Source: Eledone cirrhosa (Eukaryota). From it: 64,000 nucleotides of DNA. The notes below the pieces were generated by a model. It did not search any database. It saw only the letters and a list, made by a program, of their open reading frames with translations, and was not told where the DNA came from. Both the position numbers and the translations under genes were made by a program. Position 1 is the stretch's first letter. Every line of letters begins with the position of its first letter. The stretch spans positions 78,678,001 through 78,742,000 of the forward strand of contig OZ024745.1 of the NCBI GenBank assembly GCA_964016885.1, given 5' to 3'. Shown here in pieces: positions 12,032 through 27,593 of the stretch.

Positions 12032-13700
12032 ATTTATTAATGCATGGACAGTTATATGACCTCCTTTTCAGCCGAGAGACATACCAATACATATTCAAAC
12101 ATTGATACATATTCAAACATTGTGGGTCAACATTCATTACAAAATTTAGAGTGGCAGTACACACTTCGAGATTACATTTATATTAATAGGTACAGTCAAA
12201 AATCAAAGATATAGGTTAAAGTACAACATGAAGATAAGTGGTTATATAGTGCAAATGTTATATGTGTGGCACGCATGTGCGTCTTGTTTATATAGTGTGG
12301 CAGAGAGATATGTGTGGTAGAGGCACTTAGGTAGGTAAATAAGAGTGTTAGGTTGGTAGATCTGGTGGCAAAGTCTTTATATGATTGATGTAGTCTGTGT
12401 GTGGAGAAATATTATAAGTATTAAAGATAGTGCAAGCATTAAAAGTGTTATAAGTATTGGGGATGCACAACGCAGGGATGTCAAGTAATTCATGTACTTC
12501 GGCATTTTCATGGTCAAGGGAGTGTATATTTCGATTATATGCCTTTCACATAATCCACGACAATCCAGTTAGAGATCGTAGTCTGGTGTTCTTTAGTTCG
12601 ATACAGGAGGTTGTTACGTTTCGAGAGACGCCATTGAATACCGGAAGTGTGTGTGTGGCTAAGGGGAGTTAATGCATGCGGGGAGGTAACTCTGGGGTTT
12701 CTATATCTAGCCATTAAAATGTGTCCCAATATGGACCCTAAATTCTATGGTGAGGTGCACCTTCCAAGAGAGACTTTTAAAGCATAAAGTGCACTAACTA
12801 TAGAGTAGTTTAACTAAATTATGCTGAAGGTGATCATATTATTATTAAGGTGGATTAACCCATCTTAAGGTGCTACAAATGGAAATTATAGATGATGAGC
12901 GAGGATTCTAAATTAATGATCTCTGTGGTTGTAGTCTGCTCATATGACCAGGCGCGGTGATTGCAGGATTGCTTCAGGACCCAATGATCTCTGGTAAGAT
13001 CTGGGTCATCGCTTGCTACATTGGATGTCGAAAGATAATCGTCCCCAGGCAGGCCAAAGGTCAATCCGCAGTCCTCGCGACCCCTCTCTGACCGTCAATG
13101 GCGTCTCTCGAAACGTAACAACCTCCTGTATCGAACTAAAGAACACCAGACTACGATCTCTAACTGGATTGTCGTGGATTATGTGAAAGGCATATAATCG
13201 AAATATACACTCCCTTGACCATGAAAATGCCGAAGTACATGAATTACTTGACATCCCTGCGTTGTGCATCCCCAATACTTATAACACTTTTAATGCTTGC
13301 ACTATCTTTAATACTTATAATATTTCTCCACACACAGACTACATCAATCATATAAAGACTTTGCCACCAGATCTACCAACCTAACACTCTTATTTACCTA
13401 CCTAGGTGCCTCTACCACACATATCTCTCTGCCACACTATATAAACAAGACGCACATGCGTGCCACACATATAACATTTGCACTATATAACCACTTATCT
13501 TCATGTTGTACTTTAACCTATATCTTTGATTTTTGACTGTACCTATTAATATAAATGTAATCTCGAAGTGTGTACTGCCACTCTAAATTTTGTAATGAAT
13601 GTTGACCCACAATGTTTGAATATGTATCAATGTTTGAATATGTATTGGTATGTCTCTCGGCTGAAAAGGAGGTCATATAACTGTCCATGCATTAATAAAT

Positions 13701-13747
13701 TGCTCCGAAGAATCCAAACCTCGGTTTGGAGGAAACAGCTGTAAGCA
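13701..13747 (+). ncRNA. Minimal type I hammerhead ribozyme (U4C core) in PLE repeat
   Basis: tgctccgaagaatccaaacctcggtttggaggaaacagctgtaagca. Confidence 0.75.
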
Positions 13748-13996
13748 CAATAATGTTTTGAACAGTTCTTTGATTCTTATATTTCATATAACTGCTCTGT
13801 AAATCATCTGATGTTTTTACATTGAGCTACTTAACTTACTGGTAATAAGGTAGTAATACATTACTGCCTACCACTATTTAGGGTGTGTGTAAAATACTTA
13901 CAACTGCTTAAGGTTTTGTGTTTACATAACCATAAATAGTATAACTAATACTATTAACTGCTCCATATCGTTGAGCTGACATATAATATTGCCAAT

Positions 13997-16438
13997 ATGC
14001 TAATCAAAGACCAACTCCCCATGTCAACCAAGAACATACCAATACCATCCAGGAATACATATGAGAAATTGCTGATCAACAGTGTAAATTCATTTATCAA
14101 TAGAGTGAGATGGAGGACATTCCATTATGATAGAAACAAATCTAACAACTTGAATAATACTAACAATTTTGACTCCTTCGGCTTTAAAACCTTTAAAAGC
14201 CCCCCTCATAACACTCTACTTAACTCCTTTGAAAATGACCTAGTTAAACTAGTTAAGAACATTAAATACAATAAGCACCATATTAGAAGCAACACCTTCT
14301 TAAACAAACTTAACACTTCTATTAGTGGATTCAAAACTAGTAATAAAATTATTGTACACGCAGATAAAACTAATAACATATACAGCCTAGATTATATTAC
14401 TTATAGAAAGTTTATATATAATGAACTACATAAAAGCTACAAAAAAACCACCTTGAAAAACTTAGAAGATATTAATGTAGAGGGTTATAATATAGTGTCT
14501 AAACTAGGACTACAGAGGCATACACAACCTTTCACTCCGAACCCCCCTAGATTCTCTCTGAAGGACCATAAGGAGAACTTCATCACCAACCCCACGATAA
14601 GACTTATCTGCCCTTCCAAGTCCGACATTGGTATTATCAGCAAGAAGATTTTGGATAAAATCATCCCACAAATTAAACACAAGATACACCTTAAACAATG
14701 GGGAAATACGGGTGAAGTAATTGAATGGTTTAAGGATATCAAGAATAATAAGAACAAAAAATTTATTCAATTTGATATCAATTCATACTACACCTCTATT
14801 TCCCCTATCCTATTAAATAAGGCACTTATCATGGCCATGACCAATAGCGACCTGACTAGAGCCCAGGTTGATGTCATCCTTGCGGCCCGTAAAACCATAA
14901 TCACCTTCGAGGACCAACTATGGACACGCAAGGATACGCACAACAACTTCGACATAACCATGGGATCTAGTGACTCGGCGCAGGTCACTGATTTGGTCGG
15001 CCTATACCTCCTCAATGAAATCCATAAAGACCTCCCTTACCTCAACGGTGGTTTGTACCGCGATGATGCACTTCTACTCATAGAATATAAAAAATTTAAT
15101 ATAGAAAGAACTAGAAAACAACTGCATAAGACATTCAAAAACTTTAACCTTAGTATCACCATGGACAAAAACACTAAAAATGTTAACTTCCTAGACTCAA
15201 AAATATATACACCTTTCCATAAGCCTAATGAGAAACTTATTTACGTAGATACCAAGTCTAATCACCCTAGATCAATATTAAACTCTATCTCTAAGGGGGT
15301 GTCCAATAGAATCTCTAGTCTGTCCTATGACGCAAACATATTTAGCAAAAACTCACAATATTACAATCAAGCATTAGCTAGCTCCGGCCATAATATAGAA
15401 ATAGAGTTCCTACCTAAGAAAACACATAGCTACAACATCATCTCGCACAACATGTCCATGAGGAAATCTAATAATAGGAATAGCAACCACAAGTACACCA
15501 AAGCGGAGGGTGCCACCGGAAGTAACCATTACCATGGAAACTACTGTGAGGCCTTAAGAGGAAGCAACACACCAAACACTAAACGCAAAAATAGAAGAAG
15601 AAATAATACATTTTTCAACCCTCCTTTCAACCTAAATGTCTCCACCAACATACCTAGGGCTTTCTTCTCACTACTAGATAAAAACTTCCCTCTAGGACAC
15701 AAGTACCACAACCTCTTAAACAAAAACACCATTAAAATCTCATACTCTACGACGCCTAACTTAGCATACCACATAGCTAGCAGCAATAATAGTAAAATTA
15801 GTTCTTACTTCCAACAAACAAAATCACAACGGGATGCAAACCCTCTAAATACCACTGTAGCAAGCAACAATAGCAACGGCAGTAACAATAGAAATAACAC
15901 TAGTATAAGTAATAACACCAGGGTTGTCAACCCGAACACCCAAAATCCTATATCCACCACACAGACTTCCGCATTGCATTATAACCAGCGGACTAACGCA
16001 CAGAATAATTGTAACTGTAGAGCTAATAGAACCTGCCCCTTAGATAAAAAATGCCTAACCAAGGATGTCATATACTCATGCACAGTCACGACTAATAACT
16101 CTTCAGAAACCTATGTAAGCTCCACTTCTAACTGCTTCAAAATTAGATATAACTCGCACATCCACTCGTTCAAAAAGCACAGCCTAGCCAACTCCACCTC
16201 ACTTTCTAGCTACATACACTATCTAAAATCTAAAAATAAACCATACACACTCAAATGGGAAGTGATAGGCAGCGCGACCTCGTACAAACCACCTAATAAA
16301 TTCTGTAACCTCTGTATACTAGAGACACACAATATTATCTTCTCCAACCGTAACCTACTTAACAAAAAATCTGAGGTGTTTGCAACTTGCCAACACCGCC
16401 TCAGACATTCCTTCCAAAACTTTAAGCCCTATATATAG
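13997..16438 (+). CDS. Penelope-like RT + GIY-YIG, 813 aa; 6-aa in-frame deletion after NFLD and YVG->YVS, probably defective
   Basis: Identical to the 819-aa ORF except for an 18-bp deletion between ctagac direct repeats, an L->P change, and G->S in the YIG motif. Confidence 0.88.
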   Translation: MLIKDQLPMSTKNIPIPSRNTYEKLLINSVNSFINRVRWRTFHYDRNKSNNLNNTNNFDSFGFKTFKSPPHNTLLNSFENDLVKLVKNIKYNKHHIRSNTFLNKLNTSISGFKTSNKIIVHADKTNNIYSLDYITYRKFIYNELHKSYKKTTLKNLEDINVEGYNIVSKLGLQRHTQPFTPNPPRFSLKDHKENFITNPTIRLICPSKSDIGIISKKILDKIIPQIKHKIHLKQWGNTGEVIEWFKDIKNNKNKKFIQFDINSYYTSISPILLNKALIMAMTNSDLTRAQVDVILAARKTIITFEDQLWTRKDTHNNFDITMGSSDSAQVTDLVGLYLLNEIHKDLPYLNGGLYRDDALLLIEYKKFNIERTRKQLHKTFKNFNLSITMDKNTKNVNFLDSKIYTPFHKPNEKLIYVDTKSNHPRSILNSISKGVSNRISSLSYDANIFSKNSQYYNQALASSGHNIEIEFLPKKTHSYNIISHNMSMRKSNNRNSNHKYTKAEGATGSNHYHGNYCEALRGSNTPNTKRKNRRRNNTFFNPPFNLNVSTNIPRAFFSLLDKNFPLGHKYHNLLNKNTIKISYSTTPNLAYHIASSNNSKISSYFQQTKSQRDANPLNTTVASNNSNGSNNRNNTSISNNTRVVNPNTQNPISTTQTSALHYNQRTNAQNNCNCRANRTCPLDKKCLTKDVIYSCTVTTNNSSETYVSSTSNCFKIRYNSHIHSFKKHSLANSTSLSSYIHYLKSKNKPYTLKWEVIGSATSYKPPNKFCNLCILETHNIIFSNRNLLNKKSEVFATCQHRLRHSFQNFKPYI

Positions 16439-17881
16439 CAATGTCGGACTGGAACCTAACACCACATCTAGCATCAAACACCAGAGACACACCCTATACT
16501 ACATACCCAACACTAGCTGATCCATTATAACACAAACAACGACATCCCTCTGGAACCCTTCGCAGGGAAAATACCCATTTATACCTCTACGGCAGGTGTG
16601 ACAACATCCACCCACCTGGACGGCACTACACCACTCTAAGGGTAATTTGAGCATGAATTGATCGGTTGGATGGTGTTGGGCAGAGGAAACACCTTCCTTA
16701 GACAGATGTAAAATGATTTAATCGAGTAGCGCTGTTGACCAGTAGGACCGGGCTGCTGAGCGCAGTGAGTGAATGCAATGCAACTGCCGTGCGGGTTGTA
16801 CGTATATGGATGATCTGACGGTCAGAGAGGGGTCGCGAGGACTGCGGATTGACCTTTGGCCTGCCTGGGGACGATTATCTTTCGACATCCAATGTAGCAA
16901 GCGATGACCCAGATCTTACCAGAGATCATTGGGTCCTGAAGCAATCCTGCAATCACCGCGCCTGGTCATATGAGCAGACTACAACCACAGAGATCATTAA
17001 TTTAGAATCCTCGCTCATCATCTATAATTTCCATTTGTAGCACCTTAAGATGGGTTAATCCACCTTAATAATAATATGATCACCTTCAGCATAATTTAGT
17101 TAAACTACTCTATAGTTAGTGCACTTTATGCTTTAAAAGTCTCTCTTGGAAGGTGCACCTCACCATAGAATTTAGGGTCCATATTGGGACACATTTTAAT
17201 GGCTAGATATAGAAACCCCAGAGTTACCTCCCCGCATGCATTAACTCCCCTTAGCCACACACACACTTCCGGTATTCAATGGCGTCTCTCGAAACGTAAC
17301 AACCTCCTGTATCGAACTAAAGAACACCAGACTACGATCTCTAACTGGATTGTCGTGGATTATGTGAAAGGCATATAATCGAAATATACACTCCCTTGAC
17401 CATGAAAATGCCGAAGTACATGAATTACTTGACATCCCTGCGTTGTGCATCCCCAATACTTATAACACTTTTAATGCTTGCACTATCTTTAATACTTATA
17501 ATATTTCTCCACACACAGACTACATCAATCATATAAAGACTTTGCCACCAGATCTACCAACCTAACACTCTTATTTACCTACCTAAGTGCCTCTACCACA
17601 CATATCTCTCTGCCACACTATATAAACAAGACGCACATGCGTGCCACACATATAACATTTGCACTATATAACCACTTATCTTCATGTTGTACTTTAACCT
17701 ATATCTTTGATTTTTGACTGTACCTATTAATATAAATGTAATCTCGAAGTGTGTACTGCCACTCTAAATTTTGTAATGAATGTTGACCCACAATGTTTGA
17801 ATATGTATCAATGTTTGAATATGTATTGGTATGTCTCTCGGCTGAAAAGGAGGTCATATAACTGTCCATGCATTAATAAAT

Positions 17882-17928
17882 TGCTCCGAAGAATCCAAAC
17901 CTCGGTTTGGAGGAAACAGCTGTAAGCA
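17882..17928 (+). ncRNA. Minimal type I hammerhead ribozyme (U4C core) in PLE repeat
   Basis: Same motif, ~40 nt before the 3' junction with (TA)n. Confidence 0.75.
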
Positions 17929-17970
17929 CAATAATGTTTTGAACAGTTCTTTGATTCTTATATTTCATAT

Positions 17971-18192
17971 GTATATATATATGTATATATATGTATATAT
18001 ATGTATATATATGTATATATATGTATATATATATATATGTATATATATATATGTATATATGTATATATATATATATATGTATATATATGTATATATATAT
18101 ACATATATATATATATAGTAATAATAATAAAATTGAAGACTAAAATCCAGAAAGCAGCGATTCTTTGCTTAAACTTTAATCTGTTATTTTAA

Positions 18193-18229
<37 letters not shown>

Positions 18230-18340
18230 ATATGTATGTATATATGTATGTATATATGTATGTATATATGTATATGTATATATGTATGCATATATGTATA
18301 TGTATATATGTATATATATATATGTATATGTATATATATG

Positions 18341-18403
<63 letters not shown>

Positions 18404-18514
18404 CTATATATATATGTATATATATATATATGTATATATATGTATATATGTATATATATATATATATGTATATATGTATATATATATGTATATATATATA
18501 TATATGTATATATG

Positions 18515-18549
<35 letters not shown>

Positions 18550-18556
18550 ATATGTA

Positions 18557-18587
<31 letters not shown>

Positions 18588-18614
18588 ATATATATATGTA
18601 TATATGTATATATG

Positions 18615-18647
<33 letters not shown>

Positions 18648-18650
18648 GTA

Positions 18651-18687
<37 letters not shown>
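17971..18687. repeat. (TA)n/(TATG)n microsatellite with a short unique insert at ~18117-18197
   Basis: Direct inspection. Confidence 0.95.
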
Positions 18688-18690
<3 letters not shown>

Positions 18691-19798
18691 GACATAGAAT
18701 ATTCGAAAATATTCTGTATGTTTATAATAAACATTTTGAAGACCTAATCGCTATAGAATAGAATACGTCACGTATTACAATTAGATTCTCGATAAAAGCA
18801 AGGGAAGTAATCTACGCGTTTCATTCTCGTTAGAAATCATCAGGACTACATATCCAGTGCTTTTATCGAGAATGACACAGCTAGAGACTTATAGAATACT
18901 TAGCTGTGTACAGGAACTGGTTTGAAAGAGCGGTTGCCGGTCCGGCAGAAATTAGAAATTGGAATAAATGCTCTGAAATAGCGATATATATGTGAATATA
19001 GACATAGAATATTCGAAAATATTCTGTATGTTTATAATAAACATTTTGAAGACCTAATCGCTATAGAATAGAATACGTCACGTATTACAATTAGATTCTC
19101 GATAAAAGCAAGGGAAGTAATCTACGCGTTTCATTCTCGTTAGAAATCATCAGGACTACATATCCAGTGCTTTTATCGAGAATGACACAGCTAGAGACTT
19201 ATAGAATACTTAGCTGTGTACAGGAACTGGTTTGAAAGAGCGGTTGCCGGTCCGGCAGAAATTAGAAATTGGAATAAATGCTCTGAAATAGCGATATATA
19301 TGTGAATATAGACATAGAATATTCGAAAATATTCTGTATGTTTATAATAAACATTTTGAAGACCTAATCGCTATAGAATAGAATACGTCACGTATTACAA
19401 TTAGATTCTCGATAAAAGCAAGGGAAGTAATCTACGCGTTTCATTCTCGTTAGAAATCATCAGGACTACATATCCAGTGCTTTTATCGAGAATGACACAG
19501 CTAGAGACTTATAGAATACTTAGCTGTGTACAGGAACTGGTTTGAAAGAGCGGTTGCCGGTCCGGCAGAAATTAGAAATTGGAATAAATGCTCTGAAATA
19601 GCGATATATATGTGAATATAGACATAGAATATTCGAAAATATTCTGTATGTTTATAATAAACATTTTGAAGACCTAATCGCTATAGAATAGAATACGTCA
19701 CGTATTACAATTAGATTCTCGATAAAAGCAAGGGAAGTAATCTACGCGTTTCATTCTCGTTAGAAATCATCAGGACTACATATCCAGTGCTTTTATCG
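18688..19798 (-). mobile_element. 310-bp tandem array (non-LTR retrozyme), ~3.6 units, ribozyme on the minus strand
   Basis: gacatagaat recurs at 18691, 19001, 19311 and 19621. Hammerheads lie at 18807-18849, 19117-19159, 19427-19469 and 19737-19779. Confidence 0.88.
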
Positions 19799-21372
19799 CT
19801 ATTTCAGAGCATTTATTCCAATTTCTAATTTCTGCCGGACCGGCAACCGCTCTTTCAAACCAGTTCCTGTACACAGCTAAGTATTCTATAAGTCTCTAGC
19901 TGTGTCATTCTCGATAAAAGCACTGGATATGTAGTCCTGATGATTTCTAACGAGAATGAAACGCGTAGATTACTTCCCTTGCTTTTATCGAGAATCTAAT
20001 TGTAATACGTGACGTATTCTATTCTATAGCGATTAGGTCTTCAAAATGTTTATTATAAACATACAGAATATTTTCGAATATTCTATGTCTATATTCACAT
20101 ATATATCGCTATTTCAGAGCATTTATTCCAATTTCTAATTTCTGCCGGACCGGCAACCGCTCTTTCAAACCAGTTCCTGTACACAGCTAAGTATTCTATA
20201 AGTCTCTAGCTGTGTCATTCTCGATAAAAGCACTGGATATGTAGTCCTGATGATTTCTAACGAGAATGAAACGCGTAGATTACTTCCCTTGCTTTTATCG
20301 AGAATCTAATTGTAATACGTGACGTATTCTATTCTATAGCGATTAGGTCTTCAAAATGTTTATTATAAACATACAGAATATTTTCGAATATTCTATGTCT
20401 ATATTCACATATATATCGCTATTTCAGAGCATTTATTCCAATTTCTAATTTCTGCCGGACCGGCAACCGCTCTTCCAAACCATTTCCTGTACACAGCTAA
20501 GTATTCTATAAGTCTCTAGCTGTGTCATTCTCGATAAAAGCACTGGATATGTAGTCCTGATGATTTCTAACGAGAATGAAACGCGTAGATTACTTCCCTT
20601 GCTTTTATCGAGAATCTAATTGTAATACGTGACGTATTCTATTCTATAGCGATTAGGTCTTCAAAATGTTTATTATAAACATACAGAATATTTTCGAATA
20701 TTCTATGTCTATATTCACATATATATCGCTATTTCAGAGCATTTATTCCAATTTCTAATTTCTGCCGGACCGGCAACCGCTCTTTCAAACCAGTTCCTGT
20801 ACACAGCTAAGTATTCTATAAGTCTCTAGCTGTGTCATTCTCGATAAAAGCACTGGATATGTAGTCCTGATGATTTCTAACGAGAATGAAACGCGTAGAT
20901 TACTTCCCTTGCTTTTATCGAGAATCTAATTGTAATACGTGACGTATTCTATTCTATAGCGATTAGGTCTTCAAAATGTTTATTATAAACATACAGAATA
21001 TTTTCGAATATTCTATGTCTATATTCACATATATATCGCTATTTCAGAGCATTTATTCCAATTTCTAATTTCTGCCGGACCGGCAACCGCTCTTTCAAAC
21101 CAGTTCCTGTACACAGCTAAGTATTCTATAAGTCTCTAGCTGTGTCATTCTCGATAAAAGCACTGGATATGTAGTCCTGATGATTTCTAACGAGAATGAA
21201 ACGCGTAGATTACTTCCCTTGCTTTTATCGAGAATCTAATTGTAATACGTGACGTATTCTATTCTATAGCGATTAGGTCTTCAAAATGTTTATTATAAAC
21301 ATACAGAATATTTTCGAATATTCTATGTCTATATTCACATATATATCGCTATTTCAGAGCATTTATTCCAAT
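19794..21372 (+). mobile_element. 310-bp tandem array (non-LTR retrozyme), ~5.1 units, ribozyme on the plus strand
   Basis: tatcgctatttc recurs at 19794, 20104, 20414, 20724, 21034 and 21344. Hammerheads start at 19931, 20241, 20551, 20861 and 21171. Confidence 0.88.
19931..19973 (+). ncRNA. Minimal type I hammerhead ribozyme (representative of 9 copies in the array)
   Basis: gtagtc-CTGATGA-t ttct aacg agaa t-GAAA-cgcg-TA-gattac: canonical core, GUA site, palindromic stem III (acgcgt). Confidence 0.88.
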
Positions 21373-21413
21373 ATATATATGTATATATGTATATATGTAT
21401 ATATGTATATATG

Positions 21414-21444
<31 letters not shown>

Positions 21445-21563
21445 GTATATATGTATATATATGTATATATATATATATGTATATATGTATATATATGTAT
21501 ATATGTATATATATATATATGTATATATATATATGTATATATATAGATGTATATATATAGATG

Positions 21564-21608
<45 letters not shown>

Positions 21609-21609
21609 G

Positions 21610-21640
<31 letters not shown>

Positions 21641-21657
21641 GTATATATATATATATG

Positions 21658-21702
<45 letters not shown>

Positions 21703-21713
21703 GTATATATATG

Positions 21714-21760
<47 letters not shown>

Positions 21761-21765
21761 GTGTG

Positions 21766-21820
<55 letters not shown>

Positions 21821-21855
21821 GTGTGTATATATATATATATGTGTATGTATATATA

Positions 21856-21906
<51 letters not shown>

Positions 21907-21934
21907 ATATATATATGTGTATGTATATATATAT

Positions 21935-21974
<40 letters not shown>

Positions 21975-21984
21975 GTATATATAT

Positions 21985-22026
<42 letters not shown>

Positions 22027-22387
22027 GTATATATATATATGTATGTATGTATATATATATATGTATGTATATATATATATATATATAATATATATGTATG
22101 TATATATATATATGTATGTATATATATATATATGTATGTATATATATATATATATATAATATATATGTATGTATATATATATATATGTATGTATATATAT
22201 ATATATGTGTATGTATGTATATATATATATATATATGTATGTATATATATATATGTATGTATATATATATATATGTGTATGTATGTATATATATATATAT
22301 ATGTATGTATATATATATAAGTATGTATATATATATATATATGTATATATGTATATATATATGTATATATATGTATATATATATATG

Positions 22388-22438
<51 letters not shown>

Positions 22439-22449
22439 GTATATATATG

Positions 22450-22538
<89 letters not shown>

Positions 22539-22822
22539 GTATATATATAATATATATGTATATATATATATATGTATATATATATGTATATATGTGTATA
22601 TATATATATATGTATATATATAATATATATGTATATATATATATATGTATATATATATGTATATATGTATATATATATATATATGTATATATATATGTAT
22701 ATATATATATGTATATATATATATGTATATATATATAAATATGTATATATATATATATGTATAAGAGTATGTATATATATATATATATATATATATAGTA
22801 TGTATGTATATATATGTGTATG

Positions 22823-22870
<48 letters not shown>

Positions 22871-23023
22871 TATGTATGTATGTATGTATATATATATATA
22901 TATATGTGTGTATGTATGTATATATATATGTATATATACATATATATGTATGTATGTATATATATATATATATATATGTGTATGTATGTATATATATATA
23001 TATATATACATATATATGTATGT

Positions 23024-23057
<34 letters not shown>

Positions 23058-23273
23058 ATGTATGTATATATATATATATATATACATATATATGTATGTA
23101 TATATATATATATATATATACATATATATGTGTGTATGTATGTATATATATATATATATATACATATATATGTATGTATATATATATATATATATATACA
23201 TATATATGTATGTATATATATATATATATATAAACATATATATATACATACATATGTATATATATATATATAC
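21373..23273. repeat. (TA)n/(TATG)n microsatellite
   Basis: Direct inspection. Confidence 0.95.
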
Positions 23274-23571
23274 ATTTTGAGTTTATGTTGGTTGTATACC
23301 AACACCTCAGTATGCAGGCTGGAGCACTCGACGAAGTGCGCAGGTTGGTTTGGTTACTCCGGAGTAGTGTAAAATAAAGTTAAATAAAAGTCAAATGATT
23401 AAAATTTAGCTTCGTTTATTACTGCTATATATATTTCAGTGACAGCCATCTTTGTCTGTGACCTCTTCAGGCAGTTTGAATTAGTATGGTATACCATACT
23501 AATGAAATATATATAGCAGTAATAAACGAAGCTAAATTTTAATCATTTGACTTTTATTTAACTTTATTTTA
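23274..23571. mobile_element. Short PLE terminal-repeat remnant in fold-back configuration
   Basis: ~68-bp inverted repeat (23371-23438 / 23503-23570), a perfect 24-bp palindrome at 23480-23503, and a hammerhead on the minus strand. Confidence 0.75.
23421..23475 (-). ncRNA. Minimal type I hammerhead ribozyme
   Basis: actgc-CTGAAGA-g gtcacag...ctgtcac t-GAAA-tatata-TA-gcagt. Confidence 0.75.
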
Positions 23572-26446
<2,875 letters not shown>

Positions 26447-27127
26447 TTCGCGGGCCGTGCGGCGGCGTTTCGATTCGGCCGTCACTATGTCAGGTCACCA
26501 GTTGGTGCTACTGGTAACATGTACCCCAGTACAACCTGTCTCATGGTCGGGTCGTTGGCGACTAAACTGGCAACCCCACCAAGGTTTCTTGGTGAGGAGG
26601 GTGACTTTGGACATCCTGCAGGACTAAAAACAAAACCTGTCAAAGGGCAAAGGAGCTCTTAAGAGTCAATGGCCATCCAAAATCACTGGGAGAGATGACC
26701 CCTTAGCCTTTGTCAAAGCAGAATTCTAGGAGAAGGAAAACTCTGATATAACACCTGCAACCCTGATGGTATCCAATGATGTTGACTTGTTCTTCTTTTG
26801 GTAAATATCATCTTGGTTAAGAGAGTGGGACTGGCTTTGTGCAGTGCCTTTGCTCACTATAAAAGCTTCACGGCACAGGCATTGCTTTATATCTGGAGAT
26901 CTCTCTGCACTTGTCCTCACATGGGCCCAGCACTATGTGTCAATGGTTGTCCTACCATGGGCCCAGCACTATGTGTCAATGGTTGTCACAGGTGTAGTGT
27001 TTGTACCAGAGGTTTCAAGTCGCTGGCTGGACTAAAAAGTCACACTCGTTCAGCGCTTCGGTAGGGGTTATCCTACATGGATGTAAAGTAGTGGCCGTAC
27101 TCGAAAACGAGTTGGCAGCCACCACCA
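26447..27127 (+). mobile_element. Internally deleted RTE-clade LINE (5' UTR plus 3' end)
   Basis: The 3' part encodes a C2H2 finger ([22 protein letters not shown]) typical of RTE C-termini and ends in a short (cca)n tail. It has a structured GC-rich 5' end and a ~36-bp internal duplication near 26920-26988. Confidence 0.6.
26453..26570 (+). ncRNA. Candidate HDV-like ribozyme at the RTE 5' end
   Basis: P1 ggccgtg/catggtc, P2 ccagt/actgg, cc/gg P1.1, P4 tcg-ttgg-cga, J4/2 CTAA. P3 is imperfect. Confidence 0.45.
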
Positions 27128-27203
27128 TATATATATATGTATGTATATATATATATACATATATATGTATGTATATATATATATATATACATATATATGT
27201 ATG

Positions 27204-27250
<47 letters not shown>

Positions 27251-27447
27251 ATATATATATGTATGTATATATATATATATATGTATGTATGTATATATAT
27301 ATATATATATGTATGTATATATATATATATATATGTATGTATATATATATATATATGTATGTATATATATATATATATATATGTATGTATATATATATAT
27401 ACATATATATGTATGTATATATATATATATATACATATATATGTATG

Positions 27448-27494
<47 letters not shown>

Positions 27495-27593
27495 CGTTTC
27501 TGAATTTGTTTAGCAAGATTCTTTATCTGAAATCGTGTGTTATAACAATATATATATATATATACATATATATGTATGTATATATATATATAA

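Larger units (their letters stand above)
7580..13097 (-). mobile_element. Penelope-like element (Naiad-type), left arm, ~1.3 units of a 4199-bp unit (pLTR-type direct repeat 7580-8897 = 11779-13097)
   Basis: RT + GIY-YIG ORF 9276-11735. The motif agtattagtt at 7581 recurs at 11780. The 3' end abuts (TA)n. Confidence 0.92.
13095..17970 (+). mobile_element. Penelope-like element (Naiad-type), right arm, ~1.17 units, head-to-head with the left arm
   Basis: Reverse complement of 7744-12637. The junction shares a tca microhomology at 13095-13097. The 3' end runs into (TA)n at ttcatat. Confidence 0.92.

Noticed and set aside
9276-16438. Selenoprotein-type Naiad (in-frame UGA plus SECIS)
   Set aside because: Both ORFs are open without internal TGA, and I could not identify a SECIS.
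18688-21372. CRISPR array or ordinary centromeric satellite
   Set aside because: There are no unique spacers. Units are identical 310-mers with a hammerhead, which fits a retrozyme.
95-21372. All palindromes explained purely as sequencing or amplification chimeras
   Set aside because: The arms differ by deletions and substitutions, orientation is consistent relative to the ribozyme strand, and old diverged examples exist. This is not fully excluded without raw reads.
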